Counted from the first letter of the stretch, positions 50,949 through 61,390 are shown. The stretch: DNA of 64,000 nucleotides from Thermoplasmatota archaeon (GCA_048569615.1 JBLIRK010000002.1:8390-72389), one strand, 5' to 3'. Numbers and translations are program-made. Notes: generated from the sequence alone by a model not told the origin.

Positions 50949-51329
50949 TTGAACCGCGAGGATTACATCTATTACCAGTTCATGAAAAAGGTGACTGAGG
51001 ATGAGTTCATCTCCTTGGACGAGAGCGGACTCATTCTCATACTGGAGGACCGTTTGGGACTTTCGGATGACAGGATGGACGAGATCATGGGATGGATTGA
51101 GGAGGAAAAAGAGCCTCCCGTCGGCAAGGAAAAGTTGGATAGATTGAAGAACGATACATCCAACCATGATTACGAACTCAGGATATACGAATTGATCCTG
51201 GCGGAGGCTCTGAGGGATGTCAAGATCGAAAGGGACGAGAAGGACCTCCTGATGATGCTCACTAAGATAATGAACGTAACCGAGGAGGAGCGTCAAGATA
51301 TATACTCAAGGATTAAGGAATCCAAATGA
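50949..51329 (+). CDS. Hypothetical protein, TerB-like tandem helical repeat
   Basis: Two repeats (EDEFISLDESGLI / RDVKIERDEKDLL); overlaps the ogg start. Confidence 0.6.
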   Translation: MNREDYIYYQFMKKVTEDEFISLDESGLILILEDRLGLSDDRMDEIMGWIEEEKEPPVGKEKLDRLKNDTSNHDYELRIYELILAEALRDVKIERDEKDLLMMLTKIMNVTEEERQDIYSRIKESK

Positions 51330-51982
51330 GCGGAGCCGAGGAGACCAGGGAGCATCTCAGGAGCATCTATTCAGAATTGAAGTCTCCCATCGAGGAGAGG
51401 CTGGGAGAGTTCGAGAGGATATGGAAGAGCAGGGACGGAATTCCCGCCCTGAAGGAGCTCCTATTCTGCATATTGACCCCCCAATCAAAGGCGGAGCTCT
51501 GCTGGGGAGCCGTGGAGGATATGGCCTGCACGGATGTACTTCTCAGAGGAGATTACAACCAGGTGCTGGAAGCGGTGGGCAGGGTTCGGTTCAAGTACAA
51601 GAAGGCCGGCTACCTAATCGAGGCAAGGGACAGGTTCTACACGGACGGCAGATCAACGCTGATAGAATGGATCGATGGCCTGGGAGATCCCCTGACAGCC
51701 AGGGAATGGTTCGTCAAGAACATAAGAGGCCTGGGATACAAGGAGGCAAGCCACTTTCTGAGGAATATCGGGCTGGGAAATGAAATCGCCATCCTGGACC
51801 GCCATATTCTGAGAAACCTTGTGAAATGCGGAGTGATAGAAAGCATCCCATCCTCAATTTCGGGTAATAGGTATCTGGAGACAGAGGCAAGGATGAGGAG
51901 ATTCTCGGAAAAGATTGATATCCCGCTCTCCCATCTTGACCTCGTATTTTGGTATATGGCCAACGGGAACATCTTCAAATGA
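51326..51982 (+). CDS. ogg: 8-oxoguanine DNA glycosylase/AP lyase (Ogg2 type)
   Basis: ELLFCILTPQS, GLGYKEASHFLRNIG, AILDRHILR, C-terminal Lys. Confidence 0.92.
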   Translation: MSGAEETREHLRSIYSELKSPIEERLGEFERIWKSRDGIPALKELLFCILTPQSKAELCWGAVEDMACTDVLLRGDYNQVLEAVGRVRFKYKKAGYLIEARDRFYTDGRSTLIEWIDGLGDPLTAREWFVKNIRGLGYKEASHFLRNIGLGNEIAILDRHILRNLVKCGVIESIPSSISGNRYLETEARMRRFSEKIDIPLSHLDLVFWYMANGNIFK

Positions 51983-51991
51983 GGTACGGAA

Positions 51992-52456
51992 ATGACCCTT
52001 GAGGAGAAGGACATCCCCCGCATCCTTGAAAATGCCAAGGCAATCATCGAGGATGGGGAAGGGCATAAGTTGGAACGGATCTGCACCATGCTGAGGAAGG
52101 AGATCGACCATTACGACTGGGTCGGGTTCTACATAGTGGAAAGCGGTAGGGAAAGGGAGCTGATCCTCGGCCCCTACTCCGGAGAGCCCACCGAGCATAC
52201 CAGAATTTCCTTCGGGCAAGGTATCTGCGGTCAGGCTGCCGATACCGGGAGGCTCTTTCTGATCCAAGATGTTTCCAGGGAAACCAATTACCTCTCCTGC
52301 TCCCCGGAAGTGAGGTCGGAGATCGTTCTTCCGATATTCAGGAGCGGAGAGCTGGCAGGCGAGCTTGACATAGATTCGCATCAGCTCGAACCCTTCACTG
52401 AGACCGATGAAAAGCTGCTGGGCGAGATATGCGTCATGGCGGCTCCCCTGCTATGA
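51992..52456 (+). CDS. msrC: GAF-fold free methionine-R-sulfoxide reductase-like protein
   Basis: WVGFY, LGPYSG, GQGICG, YLSC...SEIVLP, LDIDS. Confidence 0.8.
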   Translation: MTLEEKDIPRILENAKAIIEDGEGHKLERICTMLRKEIDHYDWVGFYIVESGRERELILGPYSGEPTEHTRISFGQGICGQAADTGRLFLIQDVSRETNYLSCSPEVRSEIVLPIFRSGELAGELDIDSHQLEPFTETDEKLLGEICVMAAPLL

Positions 52457-53171
52457 TCCGCCATTCACTGCAGAGAGGGACTTCACCTTTGTGGACCAAA
52501 AGGTCCCGATCGTATTCGAAGAGAAGAGGATATACCTCCAATCCCGCCTCGAGTCCGTCACGGAACGCCGCTGCAAAACCGGGATCCCTTTCCTCAAACG
52601 GAGCGAAGCATCCGGGCGGAGGTCCGAGGACAAGTATCATTACCGCAGCCCTATATCCTTCTTCAAGGAGGCCCTTGAGCTCTTGTATGTGACGTTTTCC
52701 CCTTTCCGTGGGCGCATCCGGGAAGAGGGCACGGCCATCAATTGTAAGGGAGCAACCCTTGACCTCCATGAAGATGGCATCCCCCCTGTCATCGACGATC
52801 CTAAAATCCAGCCTGCTCCTTCCAACGGCGACCTCGGCCTTCAAACTTTGAATGGCTCCAAAAGGGGAGGTCTCGGGATCGTTTAGAACGGCTTCCGCGA
52901 TCCTTCTGTGGTAAGAGGAATTGATGAGCACCCATCTGTCCCCGACTCCACCGGCGACAACGTCGAAGGCGGTCTTCCTTCCTTCCCTTCCAGCCCTCTT
53001 AAGCAGGAGCCTTGACCTTGGCCTAAGTATCTCTCCGAGCCTTCCAGGATCATGGAGATGGGCTTTCTCCATCTTTCCATCCTCAAGCTCGGCCACTACG
53101 ACGAACCTGTTCGGCCTATCGATGAAACGGGCGGAGATATCCGACGGTAAGGGTATGCAGAGCTCTTCCAT
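52434..53171 (-). CDS. sfsA: SfsA family nuclease
   Basis: FIDRPNRF, HLHDPGRL, SRLDF, EVKGCSL, FPDAPTERG. Confidence 0.92.
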   Translation of the reverse strand: MEELCIPLPSDISARFIDRPNRFVVVAELEDGKMEKAHLHDPGRLGEILRPRSRLLLKRAGREGRKTAFDVVAGGVGDRWVLINSSYHRRIAEAVLNDPETSPFGAIQSLKAEVAVGRSRLDFRIVDDRGDAIFMEVKGCSLTIDGRALFPDAPTERGKRHIQELKGLLEEGYRAAVMILVLGPPPGCFAPFEERDPGFAAAFRDGLEAGLEVYPLLFEYDRDLLVHKGEVPLCSEWRIIAGEPP

Positions 53172-53236
53172 GTGTCCGAACAATGGCCTCAAAATCATTA
53201 TATATATCGCCAACTTTGGGAATTTTAGGTGGGTAA

Positions 53237-53920
53237 TTGGTCGGTGAGACCCTCTTCAAGGTCACTTACGGGATGTACATAGTCAGCTCCCGCGAAGGAA
53301 GCCGATTGAACGGTCTGATAATCAACACCGCCAACCAGGTTACCTCATCCCCGCCGCAGGTTTCCATCAACATCTCCAAGGCGAACCTTACCCACGACAT
53401 GATAATCAAGAGCAGGGTATTCTCCATATCCATTTTGAGGAAGGACACACCGATGAGGTTCATAGGAAAATGGGGTTTCAAATCCGGAAGGGACATAGAC
53501 AAGTTCGAGGGGACCAAATACAAGTTCGGCCCTTCCGGAGCTCCCATAGTACTGGAAAATACCATCGGCTACATGGACCTCGAACTTGTGGACCATCTCG
53601 ATGTCTCCACCCATACGATCTTCGTCGGGGAGGTCATAGAATCCGAGATCATAGAGGATTCCGAACCCCTGACCTATAATTACTACAGGGATGTGAAAGG
53701 CGGCAGGTCCTCGAAGAACGCACCGACCTACGAAGGCTGGGGGAGCCTCAGCAAGGACATGTCCAGATTTATCTGCGGAAAATGCGGGTATGTCTACGAT
53801 CCCATGGCCGGTGACAGGGATGGAAAGATACCCCCGGACACATCCTACGAAGAGCTCCCTTCGAATTGGGTATGCCCTCTTTGCGGGGCACCGAAGAGCG
53901 ATTTCACCCGGGCTAACTGA
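53237..53920 (+). CDS. Flavin reductase-rubredoxin fusion (high-molecular-weight rubredoxin type)
   Basis: YGMYIVSS, GFKSGRDIDKF, THTIFVGEV; C-terminal CGKCGYVYDP...WVCPLCG. Confidence 0.9.
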   Translation: MVGETLFKVTYGMYIVSSREGSRLNGLIINTANQVTSSPPQVSINISKANLTHDMIIKSRVFSISILRKDTPMRFIGKWGFKSGRDIDKFEGTKYKFGPSGAPIVLENTIGYMDLELVDHLDVSTHTIFVGEVIESEIIEDSEPLTYNYYRDVKGGRSSKNAPTYEGWGSLSKDMSRFICGKCGYVYDPMAGDRDGKIPPDTSYEELPSNWVCPLCGAPKSDFTRAN

Positions 53921-53973
53921 TTATGGGCAAATTTGATATAACACCAGATTTAACCTGGGTTCGAGGGATTTAG

Positions 53974-54480
53974 ATGTTAAAGGACAATATGTTGAAAGCC
54001 CTGAACGACCAGGTGAGAGAAGAGACCTATTCGGCCTATCTTTATCAGGCCATGTCAGCCTTCTGTGACTTCAAAGGCTACAGGGGTTTTGCCCACTGGT
54101 TCGATATCCAGGCCCAGGAGGAGCAGATACATGCCAGAAAGATATACGATTTCATCCTCGAGAGGGGAGGCCAGGTAAGACTGGACACGATCAAGGCGCC
54201 CCCATTCGAATTTGGCACACCGCTGGATATGTTCAAGGCTGCCCTGGAGCATGAAGAATACATCACCGACCGGATCAACGGCCTGGTGGAGCTCTCCCAC
54301 GATATCAGGGACCACGCCAGCTTCAATTTCCTCCAGTGGTTTATCGCTGAGCAGGTGGAAGAGGAAGCCACGGCCAGCGAGCTTGTGGACAAGCTGACTC
54401 TGATAGGGGACCATACCGGCGCCCTGTTCCAGTTGGACAGGGAGCTTGCCGGAAGACCGGCACCTTCGGCTGCTGAGTGA
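53974..54480 (+). CDS. ftnA: Ferritin
   Basis: EETYSAYLY, EEQIHA, FLQWFIAEQVEEE ferroxidase motifs. Confidence 0.93.
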   Translation: MLKDNMLKALNDQVREETYSAYLYQAMSAFCDFKGYRGFAHWFDIQAQEEQIHARKIYDFILERGGQVRLDTIKAPPFEFGTPLDMFKAALEHEEYITDRINGLVELSHDIRDHASFNFLQWFIAEQVEEEATASELVDKLTLIGDHTGALFQLDRELAGRPAPSAAE

Positions 54481-54507
54481 TACAAATAACCATGCGGGGG
54501 AAGATAT

Positions 54508-55071
54508 ATGATCAAGATCGGAGAGCAGATTCCGGACCTTGAAGCCGAGGTCTACCAGAACTACGAGATCAAGAAAGTCAAGCTTTCCCAGTACAGGGGA
54601 AAATGGCTGGTCCTGGCCTTCTATCCGGCCGATTTCACCTTTGTATGCCCGACGGAGCTCGAGGACCTCGCCAACAATTACACGCATTTCAAGAACGAGA
54701 ATGCGGAGATCATTTCGATCTCCACGGATACGGCATATGTGCACCTTGCATGGCATAACGATTCTCCCGCCATCGGAAAGGTCAACTATCCCATGATGGC
54801 GGATCCCACGGGTAGGATATGCAGGACCTTCGGAACTTATATCGAGGATGAGGGCCTATCCCAGAGAGCGACCTTGATCATCGATCCCGACGGGATCCTG
54901 AAGGCCATGGACATCCACGACAACTCCATAGGAAGGACAGCCAAGGAGATCCTAAGGAAGCTCCAGGCTGCCTCTTATGTCCGGGAGAATCCCGGAATGG
55001 TATGCCCTGCCAACTGGCAGAAGGGGGATGAAGCCATGGACAAATCCCTGGATAAGGTCGGAAAGATCTGA
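54508..55071 (+). CDS. ahpC: 2-Cys peroxiredoxin
   Basis: FYPADFTFVCPTE and VCPANW. Confidence 0.95.
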   Translation: MIKIGEQIPDLEAEVYQNYEIKKVKLSQYRGKWLVLAFYPADFTFVCPTELEDLANNYTHFKNENAEIISISTDTAYVHLAWHNDSPAIGKVNYPMMADPTGRICRTFGTYIEDEGLSQRATLIIDPDGILKAMDIHDNSIGRTAKEILRKLQAASYVRENPGMVCPANWQKGDEAMDKSLDKVGKI

Positions 55072-55082
55072 AGGTGTATCCG

Positions 55083-55577
55083 ATGGACCTTGAACAGTTC
55101 GGTCTCGAGGAGCTGCTCCTTGCGGCCATTAAAAGCGAGATGGAGAGCAAAGCTGTATATGAACACCTGGCAAGGCAGGTGCCCAATGCTTATCTTTCGG
55201 ACAAGCTGAGGTTCATTGCCCGGGAAGAGCAGAAGCACAGGGAATTTCTGGAGGGGGTCTTCAAGATGCAAATACAGAAACCCCTCGGAGAGCTGCCGTT
55301 GAGCTCACCCGTCCCGCTCCCCGAGGTGACCGTTTCCCAACCTTATGTGCCGGCATCGGAGGTCATATTCCAGGCAATGAAGGCAGAGGAGGCCGCATCC
55401 GATTTCTACAGATCGCTGGCGGAAAGGTTCCAAGGAGACAGCGAGACCAGGGAGACCCTGATATACCTTTCACAGATGGAGATGGGCCACTACAAGCTGC
55501 TAGAGGTAGAGAAGGCACACCTTGACAGCTCTGAGGATTACGAGGTAGAATGGGAGATGATGCACGCCGGTCCTTGA
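55083..55577 (+). CDS. Rubrerythrin-like ferritin-family protein lacking the rubredoxin domain
   Basis: AIKSEMES, EEQKH, AMKAEEAA, MEMGHY diiron motifs. Confidence 0.85.
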   Translation: MDLEQFGLEELLLAAIKSEMESKAVYEHLARQVPNAYLSDKLRFIAREEQKHREFLEGVFKMQIQKPLGELPLSSPVPLPEVTVSQPYVPASEVIFQAMKAEEAASDFYRSLAERFQGDSETRETLIYLSQMEMGHYKLLEVEKAHLDSSEDYEVEWEMMHAGP

Positions 55578-55675
55578 GCCGGTCGCATCTCCCTTTGCTC
55601 TTCCCGAAAATCAGATTCTTCCATTTTCAAATCCTTTATTTACGATGGCCACTTTAACCCGAATGAGGTACAGCA

Positions 55676-56251
55676 ATGCCGTCATTAAAGGGAACTAAAA
55701 CGGAGAAGAACCTTCTTGCAGCCTTTGCAGGGGAATCACAGGCGAGGAACAGATATACATTCTTTGCGAAACAGGCAAAGAAGGAGGGTTTCGAGGCTAT
55801 ATCTGCCATCTTTCTCGAAACCGCGGAGAACGAGAAGGAACATGCCAAGCTCTTCTTCAAACATCTGGAGGGGGGTATGGTCGAGATCACTGCAATGTAT
55901 CCAGCCGGAGTGATAGGCAACACCATAGAGAACCTGAGGGCCGCCGCAAATGGCGAGAACGAGGAATGGACCGTCCTGTATCCTGGATTTGCAAAGATCG
56001 CCGATGAGGAGGGTTTCCCGGAGGTCGCAAAGACCTTCAGGATGGTGGCAAAGGTCGAGGTGGAGCACGAGAAGAGGTATAACTCTCTCATCCATGATCT
56101 TGAGGAGGGATCTTTCTTCAATAGGGAAGAGAAGATCAAATGGAAATGCCGGAACTGCGGCTACATCCACGAGGGGGCGACAGCACCGGAGATCTGTCCG
56201 GCATGCAATCATCCCCAGGCTTACTTCGAACCCCTCTGCAAGAACTACTGA
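55676..56251 (+). CDS. rbr: Rubrerythrin
   Basis: [31 protein letters not shown]...CPAC. Confidence 0.95.
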   Translation: MPSLKGTKTEKNLLAAFAGESQARNRYTFFAKQAKKEGFEAISAIFLETAENEKEHAKLFFKHLEGGMVEITAMYPAGVIGNTIENLRAAANGENEEWTVLYPGFAKIADEEGFPEVAKTFRMVAKVEVEHEKRYNSLIHDLEEGSFFNREEKIKWKCRNCGYIHEGATAPEICPACNHPQAYFEPLCKNY

Positions 56252-56259
56252 ACACAAGA

Positions 56260-56353
56260 GAGAAATGGGTGGGCAGGGAGATCTGGGGGGGGACATATCT
56301 TGGAGAGATAGAGGTGTTGTGGGGAGAAAACGATTCTTTTTCCCTGCCCAATG
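56260..56353 (-). ncRNA. Candidate small RNA, element 2
   Basis: TTTAAATA box at 56383-56376 (minus) about 25 nt upstream of a perfect 10-bp stem TGGGCAGGGA (56350-56341)/TCCCTGCCCA (56279-56270); C/U-rich loop; pyrimidine tail. Confidence 0.45.
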
Positions 56354-56431
56354 TATATAATATTCCTCGGGTAAGTATTTAAAACGATTCCGCACATTCT
56401 CATTTTTCCGCCAAAACGGAGGTATGCATAG

Positions 56432-57310
56432 TTACAGATCGCCTTTCGCGATGAACATCTCGAATTCCTTTTGAAAAAGTTTACTCTCCCGCTCCTCAAG
56501 GACATCCAGGTCAAGTGAGAATATCACAACGCAATGGGGATGGCTCATTATCCGGTCGTTCAGGACCTGGAGAAGATTGATCACCCTGATGAACTCTATA
56601 TTGGTCAGTATATACTCGAAACCCAATACCAGCACGGCGGTCTCCGAGTTCTCCGACATGGCAGACTGGACCATAATCAGGAGCTTCTGGATGTTGACCG
56701 GTGATATGCATGGATAATCTGAATTGGGTATCGATGTGAACCAGGCAACTGGTAAATCACCCAATCCCGGATTCATCCTCAGGCTGGAGGGGTGCTTCCG
56801 TGTGAAAGCCAATCCCGAATAACCGGAATCAAGGAGCTCCCTGAAAAGCTGTATTGCCTTTACTCCCCCTTCCTCATTTATCAGATACATGCCGCTCCTC
56901 TTGATGGCGGGCTCTCCCGAGAATTTCACTCCACCGGATCCGTTTTCCTTCACCTTCCGGGGTATGGAAGCTTCTATGTTGGAAAGAAGCTCCCCGATAT
57001 TGAAGGGCTTTCTCATGCCCACGATCCCCATCTTGAGCGCTTCCCAGACCGCATTGTCATCCGCGCTGACGAGGATTATCTTTGTTTCCTTGTCCATCTC
57101 CCGCATGAGGGCAGCAGCCTCCAATCCCCCCATACCCGGCATTCTGTGATCAAGGATCACGAGATCCGGTTTCTTTTCTAGCTTTCTGAACATCTCCACC
57201 GCTTCTATTCCACTCGATGCCACACCAATCAGGTTGTATCCCCTGACAGAAAGGATATCCATGTAGAGCTGTTGGATCATCTCCTCATCCTCCACAATGA
57301 ATACATCCAT
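56432..57310 (-). CDS. Response regulator receiver fused to DUF835
   Basis: IVEDE, LDHRMP, RKPF; C-terminal GLAFTRKHP, GFEYILTNIEF...LQVLND. Confidence 0.85.
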   Translation of the reverse strand: MDVFIVEDEEMIQQLYMDILSVRGYNLIGVASSGIEAVEMFRKLEKKPDLVILDHRMPGMGGLEAAALMREMDKETKIILVSADDNAVWEALKMGIVGMRKPFNIGELLSNIEASIPRKVKENGSGGVKFSGEPAIKRSGMYLINEEGGVKAIQLFRELLDSGYSGLAFTRKHPSSLRMNPGLGDLPVAWFTSIPNSDYPCISPVNIQKLLIMVQSAMSENSETAVLVLGFEYILTNIEFIRVINLLQVLNDRIMSHPHCVVIFSLDLDVLEERESKLFQKEFEMFIAKGDL

Positions 57311-57491
57311 ATTTATCCGACCTCAATGTTTTACGCTGTACGAGTAATTATATCATTATAAAATCTTTCACATGATTATAAATTCCATCGAAACTGGAAA
57401 GCACCGGCAGAATCATGACTGCCGATATTTCACAACGGCCATGGAAAAGGATTTATTCCATGAAACTTGCAGACCGTTGGAGCGTTATCCG

Positions 57492-60400
57492 GTGAGCGAA
57501 GGCCCTGTTGCATCAGGAGACATGGCCATGTATTTTGCCAGTCTCAGGGAAGAGGCGAACAGGGCCGCTGAGATCGCCGGAAAGGCAAGATCAAAGGGTA
57601 TGGATCCGATATCCAAGGTCGAGATCCCCTTTGCGGATGATCTTGCGGGAAGGGTGGAAAACCTAGTGGGTCCGCCCGGAATAGCCCTCAGAATAAGGGA
57701 GCTCTCCCCGACAATGAGCAGGGAGCGCCTCTTATTGAAAATCGCAGAAGAGGTCTCCGAGAATATGGTCAGGAAGGGAGAGGATAGGCAGAAAGCATTG
57801 GACCAGGCGACGAGGACCGGGCTTGCCATATTGACGGAAGGCGTCCTTGTGGCTCCCCTGGAGGGCATAGCCGAGGTCAAGATAGGATACAATGATGACG
57901 GCTCCAGCTATGCAGATCTTTATTTCGCCGGACCAATAAGGGCTGCAGGCGGCACCGCCCAGGCCGTATCCGTGCTTATTGCGGACCAGGTAAGGAAGAA
58001 GCTGGGTATAGGTGAGTTCAGGGTCACGGAAAAGGAGGTGACGAGATACATCGAGGAGTTCCAGCTCTACAGGAACCTCCAGTACCGTCCGGCCAATGAG
58101 GAGATCGAAAAGGTCGTCAGGAACTGCCCGGTATGCATCAACGGCGAGGGGACGGAGAAGGTGGAGGTGTCGGGGAACCGAGACCTCCCGAGGGTGCCTA
58201 CAAATCAGGTCCGTTCCGGTATCTGCCTAGTCATAGCTGAAGGGGTCCTTTTAAAGGCAAACAAGATCCTCAAGATAACCAGGTCCCTTGAGATCGGAGG
58301 CTGGGAGTTCCTGGAGCAAATGAAATCCAAGAAGTCCGACGGGGATGAAAAAAAGGAAGAGGAAGCTCAGGCAGCATGCAGGGAGGATGAGCTCCTTCAG
58401 AAATTGATCACCATGAAGGACATGGAGGAGGATATGACGGACCTGGTCGATGAGGTGGATGAAGAGGGGAACTACCTCGAATTCACATTCGAGCAGGAAG
58501 ATGCCGATGACGAGATCGTTCAGTTGAACGATCAGGGGCTCTCTCCGAAGATCGAGGCCACGATGAAGTATATCAAGGACCTCATCGCGGGAAGACCGGT
58601 CTTCTCACACCCGTCAAGACCCGGAGGCTTCCGATTGAGGTACGGAAGAGGAAGGACCTGCGGTCTGGCTTCACTGGGTATCAATCCCTATACGCTTTTC
58701 TTGACGGGGGAATTCATGGCCGTGGGCACCCAGATAAAGATAGAGAGACCGGGAAAGGCAGGGGCTGTAACCCCTGTAGATACGATTGACGGCCCGATAG
58801 TCCTTCTGAACAACGGCGACCTGGTAAAGGTGAACTCCAAGGAATCCATGGACAGGGTGAAGGGACGGATCCGGTCCATCACCGATCTGGGGGAGATCCT
58901 CATACCCTTCGGTGAATTCGCCGAGAACAACCATTCATTAGTACAGGGCTCCTATAACGAGGACTGGTGGAAATGGGAAGTCCAGACCGCACTTTACATG
59001 AAGGACCAGAGAATGAATGAGCACCCCTTTGAGGAGTCCTTCAGTCTCGAAAGCAAGATCAAGGATATACAGAAGGAAGCGATGAGGCCATACGCGGCCC
59101 TGGAATGCGCCGAAGAGAAGATCTCCCGGGAAGAACTGGACAGGAAGAAGAAGGAATGCGAAGAGGATGCGGAAAGGAAGGTGAGGTCATACCTGATGGA
59201 GGCTGCAGAACGGGCTGATGAGAACGAGAAGAAGATAGCATCGTATGATATTTCCGAGCTGGTTCCCGCCACGGGAAAGGAAGCATTCGGGACAAGCTTG
59301 GAACTGGGAGTGCCCCTCCATCCTGATTGGACCCTGTTCTGGCATGACATTGACATTGGCGAGCTGAACAGACTGAGAACATATGTTCTTGAAAACGGCT
59401 TCCACCACGAGGAGAAAGGTCTCCGGATACCAAAGGACGAGCAGATCAAGAACCTGCTCATAAAGCTCGGATGCACCCATAATGAGGACAGTGAAGATTA
59501 TGTCATAGATCATCATGGATATACACTGCTGAGATGTCTGGGAATCAGGGAAGATATGAGATCCGTGAAACTGCCCAAGGGATTCTCCAGGGCAAGCAAC
59601 GTCATGATGGCCGTGAACCTCCTTTCCGGGATCAAGGTCATGGAGAGGTCCCCGACCAGGATAGGAGCGAGGATGGGGAGGCCGGAAAAAGCGGATACAA
59701 GGCAGATGAAACCTCCCGTCCACGGACTGTATCCCGTCGGCATGCAGGGAGGAACGCAGCGTCTGGTGAAGAAGACATTCGGAGTTCCGGTAGAGACAAA
59801 CACCATACCTCATCTTTGTCCCAAATGCAGATTGATAACCCCATTCGTGACCTGCCCCGATTGCTCCGTCCCGACAATGGTCCAATCCACAAGGGACGGA
59901 CCTGAGGAGAAGATGGTACTCAACACCAGGGACGACGGAGAAAGGGCTTCGAGGATCCTCGGATCTACCTCCATCGACTCTTTACCGGAAATGAAGGGGG
60001 TCAAGGGCCTCATTTCCAGGGAAAAGATACCCGAAAGATTGGAGAAGGGAATGCTGAGGGCCAAGCACGGTGTTTACGTTTTCAGGGACGGAACCGTCAG
60101 ATACGACATGACCGACATCACCCTGACCCATTTCCGACCCAGGGAAATATCGGCACCTGTGGAAAGACTTCGCGAGATAGGTTATACGGTCGACATCCAC
60201 GGAAAGGAGCTTGAAGGGGAAGATCAGGTATTGGAGCTGAAGGTTCAGGACATAATCGTCAGCGATGGAGGCGGAGATTACCTTGTGAAGGTTGCCAACT
60301 TCATAGACGATGAATTGGAGCTGCTTTACGGTGAAGAAAGATACTACAACGCCAAGAACAAGGAGGATTTGATAGGGACACTTGCCATGGGCCTTGCACC

Positions 60401-61277
60401 CCATACTTCAGCGGGAGTTCTCTGCAGGATCATCGGATTCACCGGGGCGCTGGGTTGCCTCGGGCATCCTTTCTATCATGCCGCCAAGAGGAGGAACTGC
60501 GATGGTGATGAGGATGCCGTAATGCTCCTGATGGATGGACTTCTGAACTTCTCCAGAAAGTTCCTGCCCGAGAAAAGAGGGGGGCAGATGGATGCTCCTC
60601 TTGTTCTTTCCATGAGATTGGACCCGGCAGAAGTGGACAAGGAAGCCCATAACGTAGATGTGAAGCACCGTTATCCACTTGACCTTTACCTAGCCACAAC
60701 CAGAGGAGAGAAGATTAACGAATACTGGATGAACAGAATGGATACCATCAAGACCAGGCTTGGTACTCAGAGGCAGTTCGAAGAGTTCGGCTTTTCCATG
60801 GACACAGGGGACATCAACTTTTCTCCGAGGATCTCCGCTTACAAGACGATTGGCGTCACCGAGGAGAAGATCAACAGTCAGCTGGACCTCGCAAAGAGGA
60901 TCCGTGCCGTGGACGAGGATGATGTAGCTGAGAGGGTTCTAACAACACATCTGCTTCCGGACCTGATCGGAAACCTTCGCTCATTCTCGCAGCAATCCTT
61001 CAGGTGCACCAAATGCGGGGCCAAGTACAGAAGGATAACCCTGACTGGAAAATGTACAAACTGGATATCGACACCGCAGCCCCACAGATGCAATAATAAA
61101 CTCATCCTCACAGTAGCGGAGGGTTCGGTAAAGAAATACCTCGCCATCGCCCAGCGGATATCAAAGGAATACAAGGTATCCAACTACCTTAGGCAGAGGA
61201 TAGATATCATCTCGGCTTCCATAGAGTCCATGTTCCCTTCCAGATTCAAGGAAACAACGCTTGACACATTCATGTGA
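57492..61277 (+). CDS. polC: DNA polymerase D large subunit DP2
   Basis: FAGPIRAAGGT, GGFRLRYGR, RMGRPEKA, HAAKRRNCDGDED without intein, C-terminal CTKC zinc finger and PIP-like TTLDTFM; start uncertain (57492 or 57521). Confidence 0.97.
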   Translation: MSEGPVASGDMAMYFASLREEANRAAEIAGKARSKGMDPISKVEIPFADDLAGRVENLVGPPGIALRIRELSPTMSRERLLLKIAEEVSENMVRKGEDRQKALDQATRTGLAILTEGVLVAPLEGIAEVKIGYNDDGSSYADLYFAGPIRAAGGTAQAVSVLIADQVRKKLGIGEFRVTEKEVTRYIEEFQLYRNLQYRPANEEIEKVVRNCPVCINGEGTEKVEVSGNRDLPRVPTNQVRSGICLVIAEGVLLKANKILKITRSLEIGGWEFLEQMKSKKSDGDEKKEEEAQAACREDELLQKLITMKDMEEDMTDLVDEVDEEGNYLEFTFEQEDADDEIVQLNDQGLSPKIEATMKYIKDLIAGRPVFSHPSRPGGFRLRYGRGRTCGLASLGINPYTLFLTGEFMAVGTQIKIERPGKAGAVTPVDTIDGPIVLLNNGDLVKVNSKESMDRVKGRIRSITDLGEILIPFGEFAENNHSLVQGSYNEDWWKWEVQTALYMKDQRMNEHPFEESFSLESKIKDIQKEAMRPYAALECAEEKISREELDRKKKECEEDAERKVRSYLMEAAERADENEKKIASYDISELVPATGKEAFGTSLELGVPLHPDWTLFWHDIDIGELNRLRTYVLENGFHHEEKGLRIPKDEQIKNLLIKLGCTHNEDSEDYVIDHHGYTLLRCLGIREDMRSVKLPKGFSRASNVMMAVNLLSGIKVMERSPTRIGARMGRPEKADTRQMKPPVHGLYPVGMQGGTQRLVKKTFGVPVETNTIPHLCPKCRLITPFVTCPDCSVPTMVQSTRDGPEEKMVLNTRDDGERASRILGSTSIDSLPEMKGVKGLISREKIPERLEKGMLRAKHGVYVFRDGTVRYDMTDITLTHFRPREISAPVERLREIGYTVDIHGKELEGEDQVLELKVQDIIVSDGGGDYLVKVANFIDDELELLYGEERYYNAKNKEDLIGTLAMGLAPHTSAGVLCRIIGFTGALGCLGHPFYHAAKRRNCDGDEDAVMLLMDGLLNFSRKFLPEKRGGQMDAPLVLSMRLDPAEVDKEAHNVDVKHRYPLDLYLATTRGEKINEYWMNRMDTIKTRLGTQRQFEEFGFSMDTGDINFSPRISAYKTIGVTEEKINSQLDLAKRIRAVDEDDVAERVLTTHLLPDLIGNLRSFSQQSFRCTKCGAKYRRITLTGKCTNWISTPQPHRCNNKLILTVAEGSVKKYLAIAQRISKEYKVSNYLRQRIDIISASIESMFPSRFKETTLDTFM

Positions 61278-61390
61278 ATCTCAAGACGAGATCAAAGCAT
61301 CTCGCCTTGTCTTTTAGAAAAAAAAGAAGAAGGACACAAAATAATAAAGAAAAACAAGATAAGAGTTGAAGAATAAAAAAATTGAATGAT

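Noticed and set aside
60470..60520. Intein in DP2 or AtpA
   Set aside because: The usual insertion motifs (RRNCDGDED, GTGKTV) are uninterrupted.
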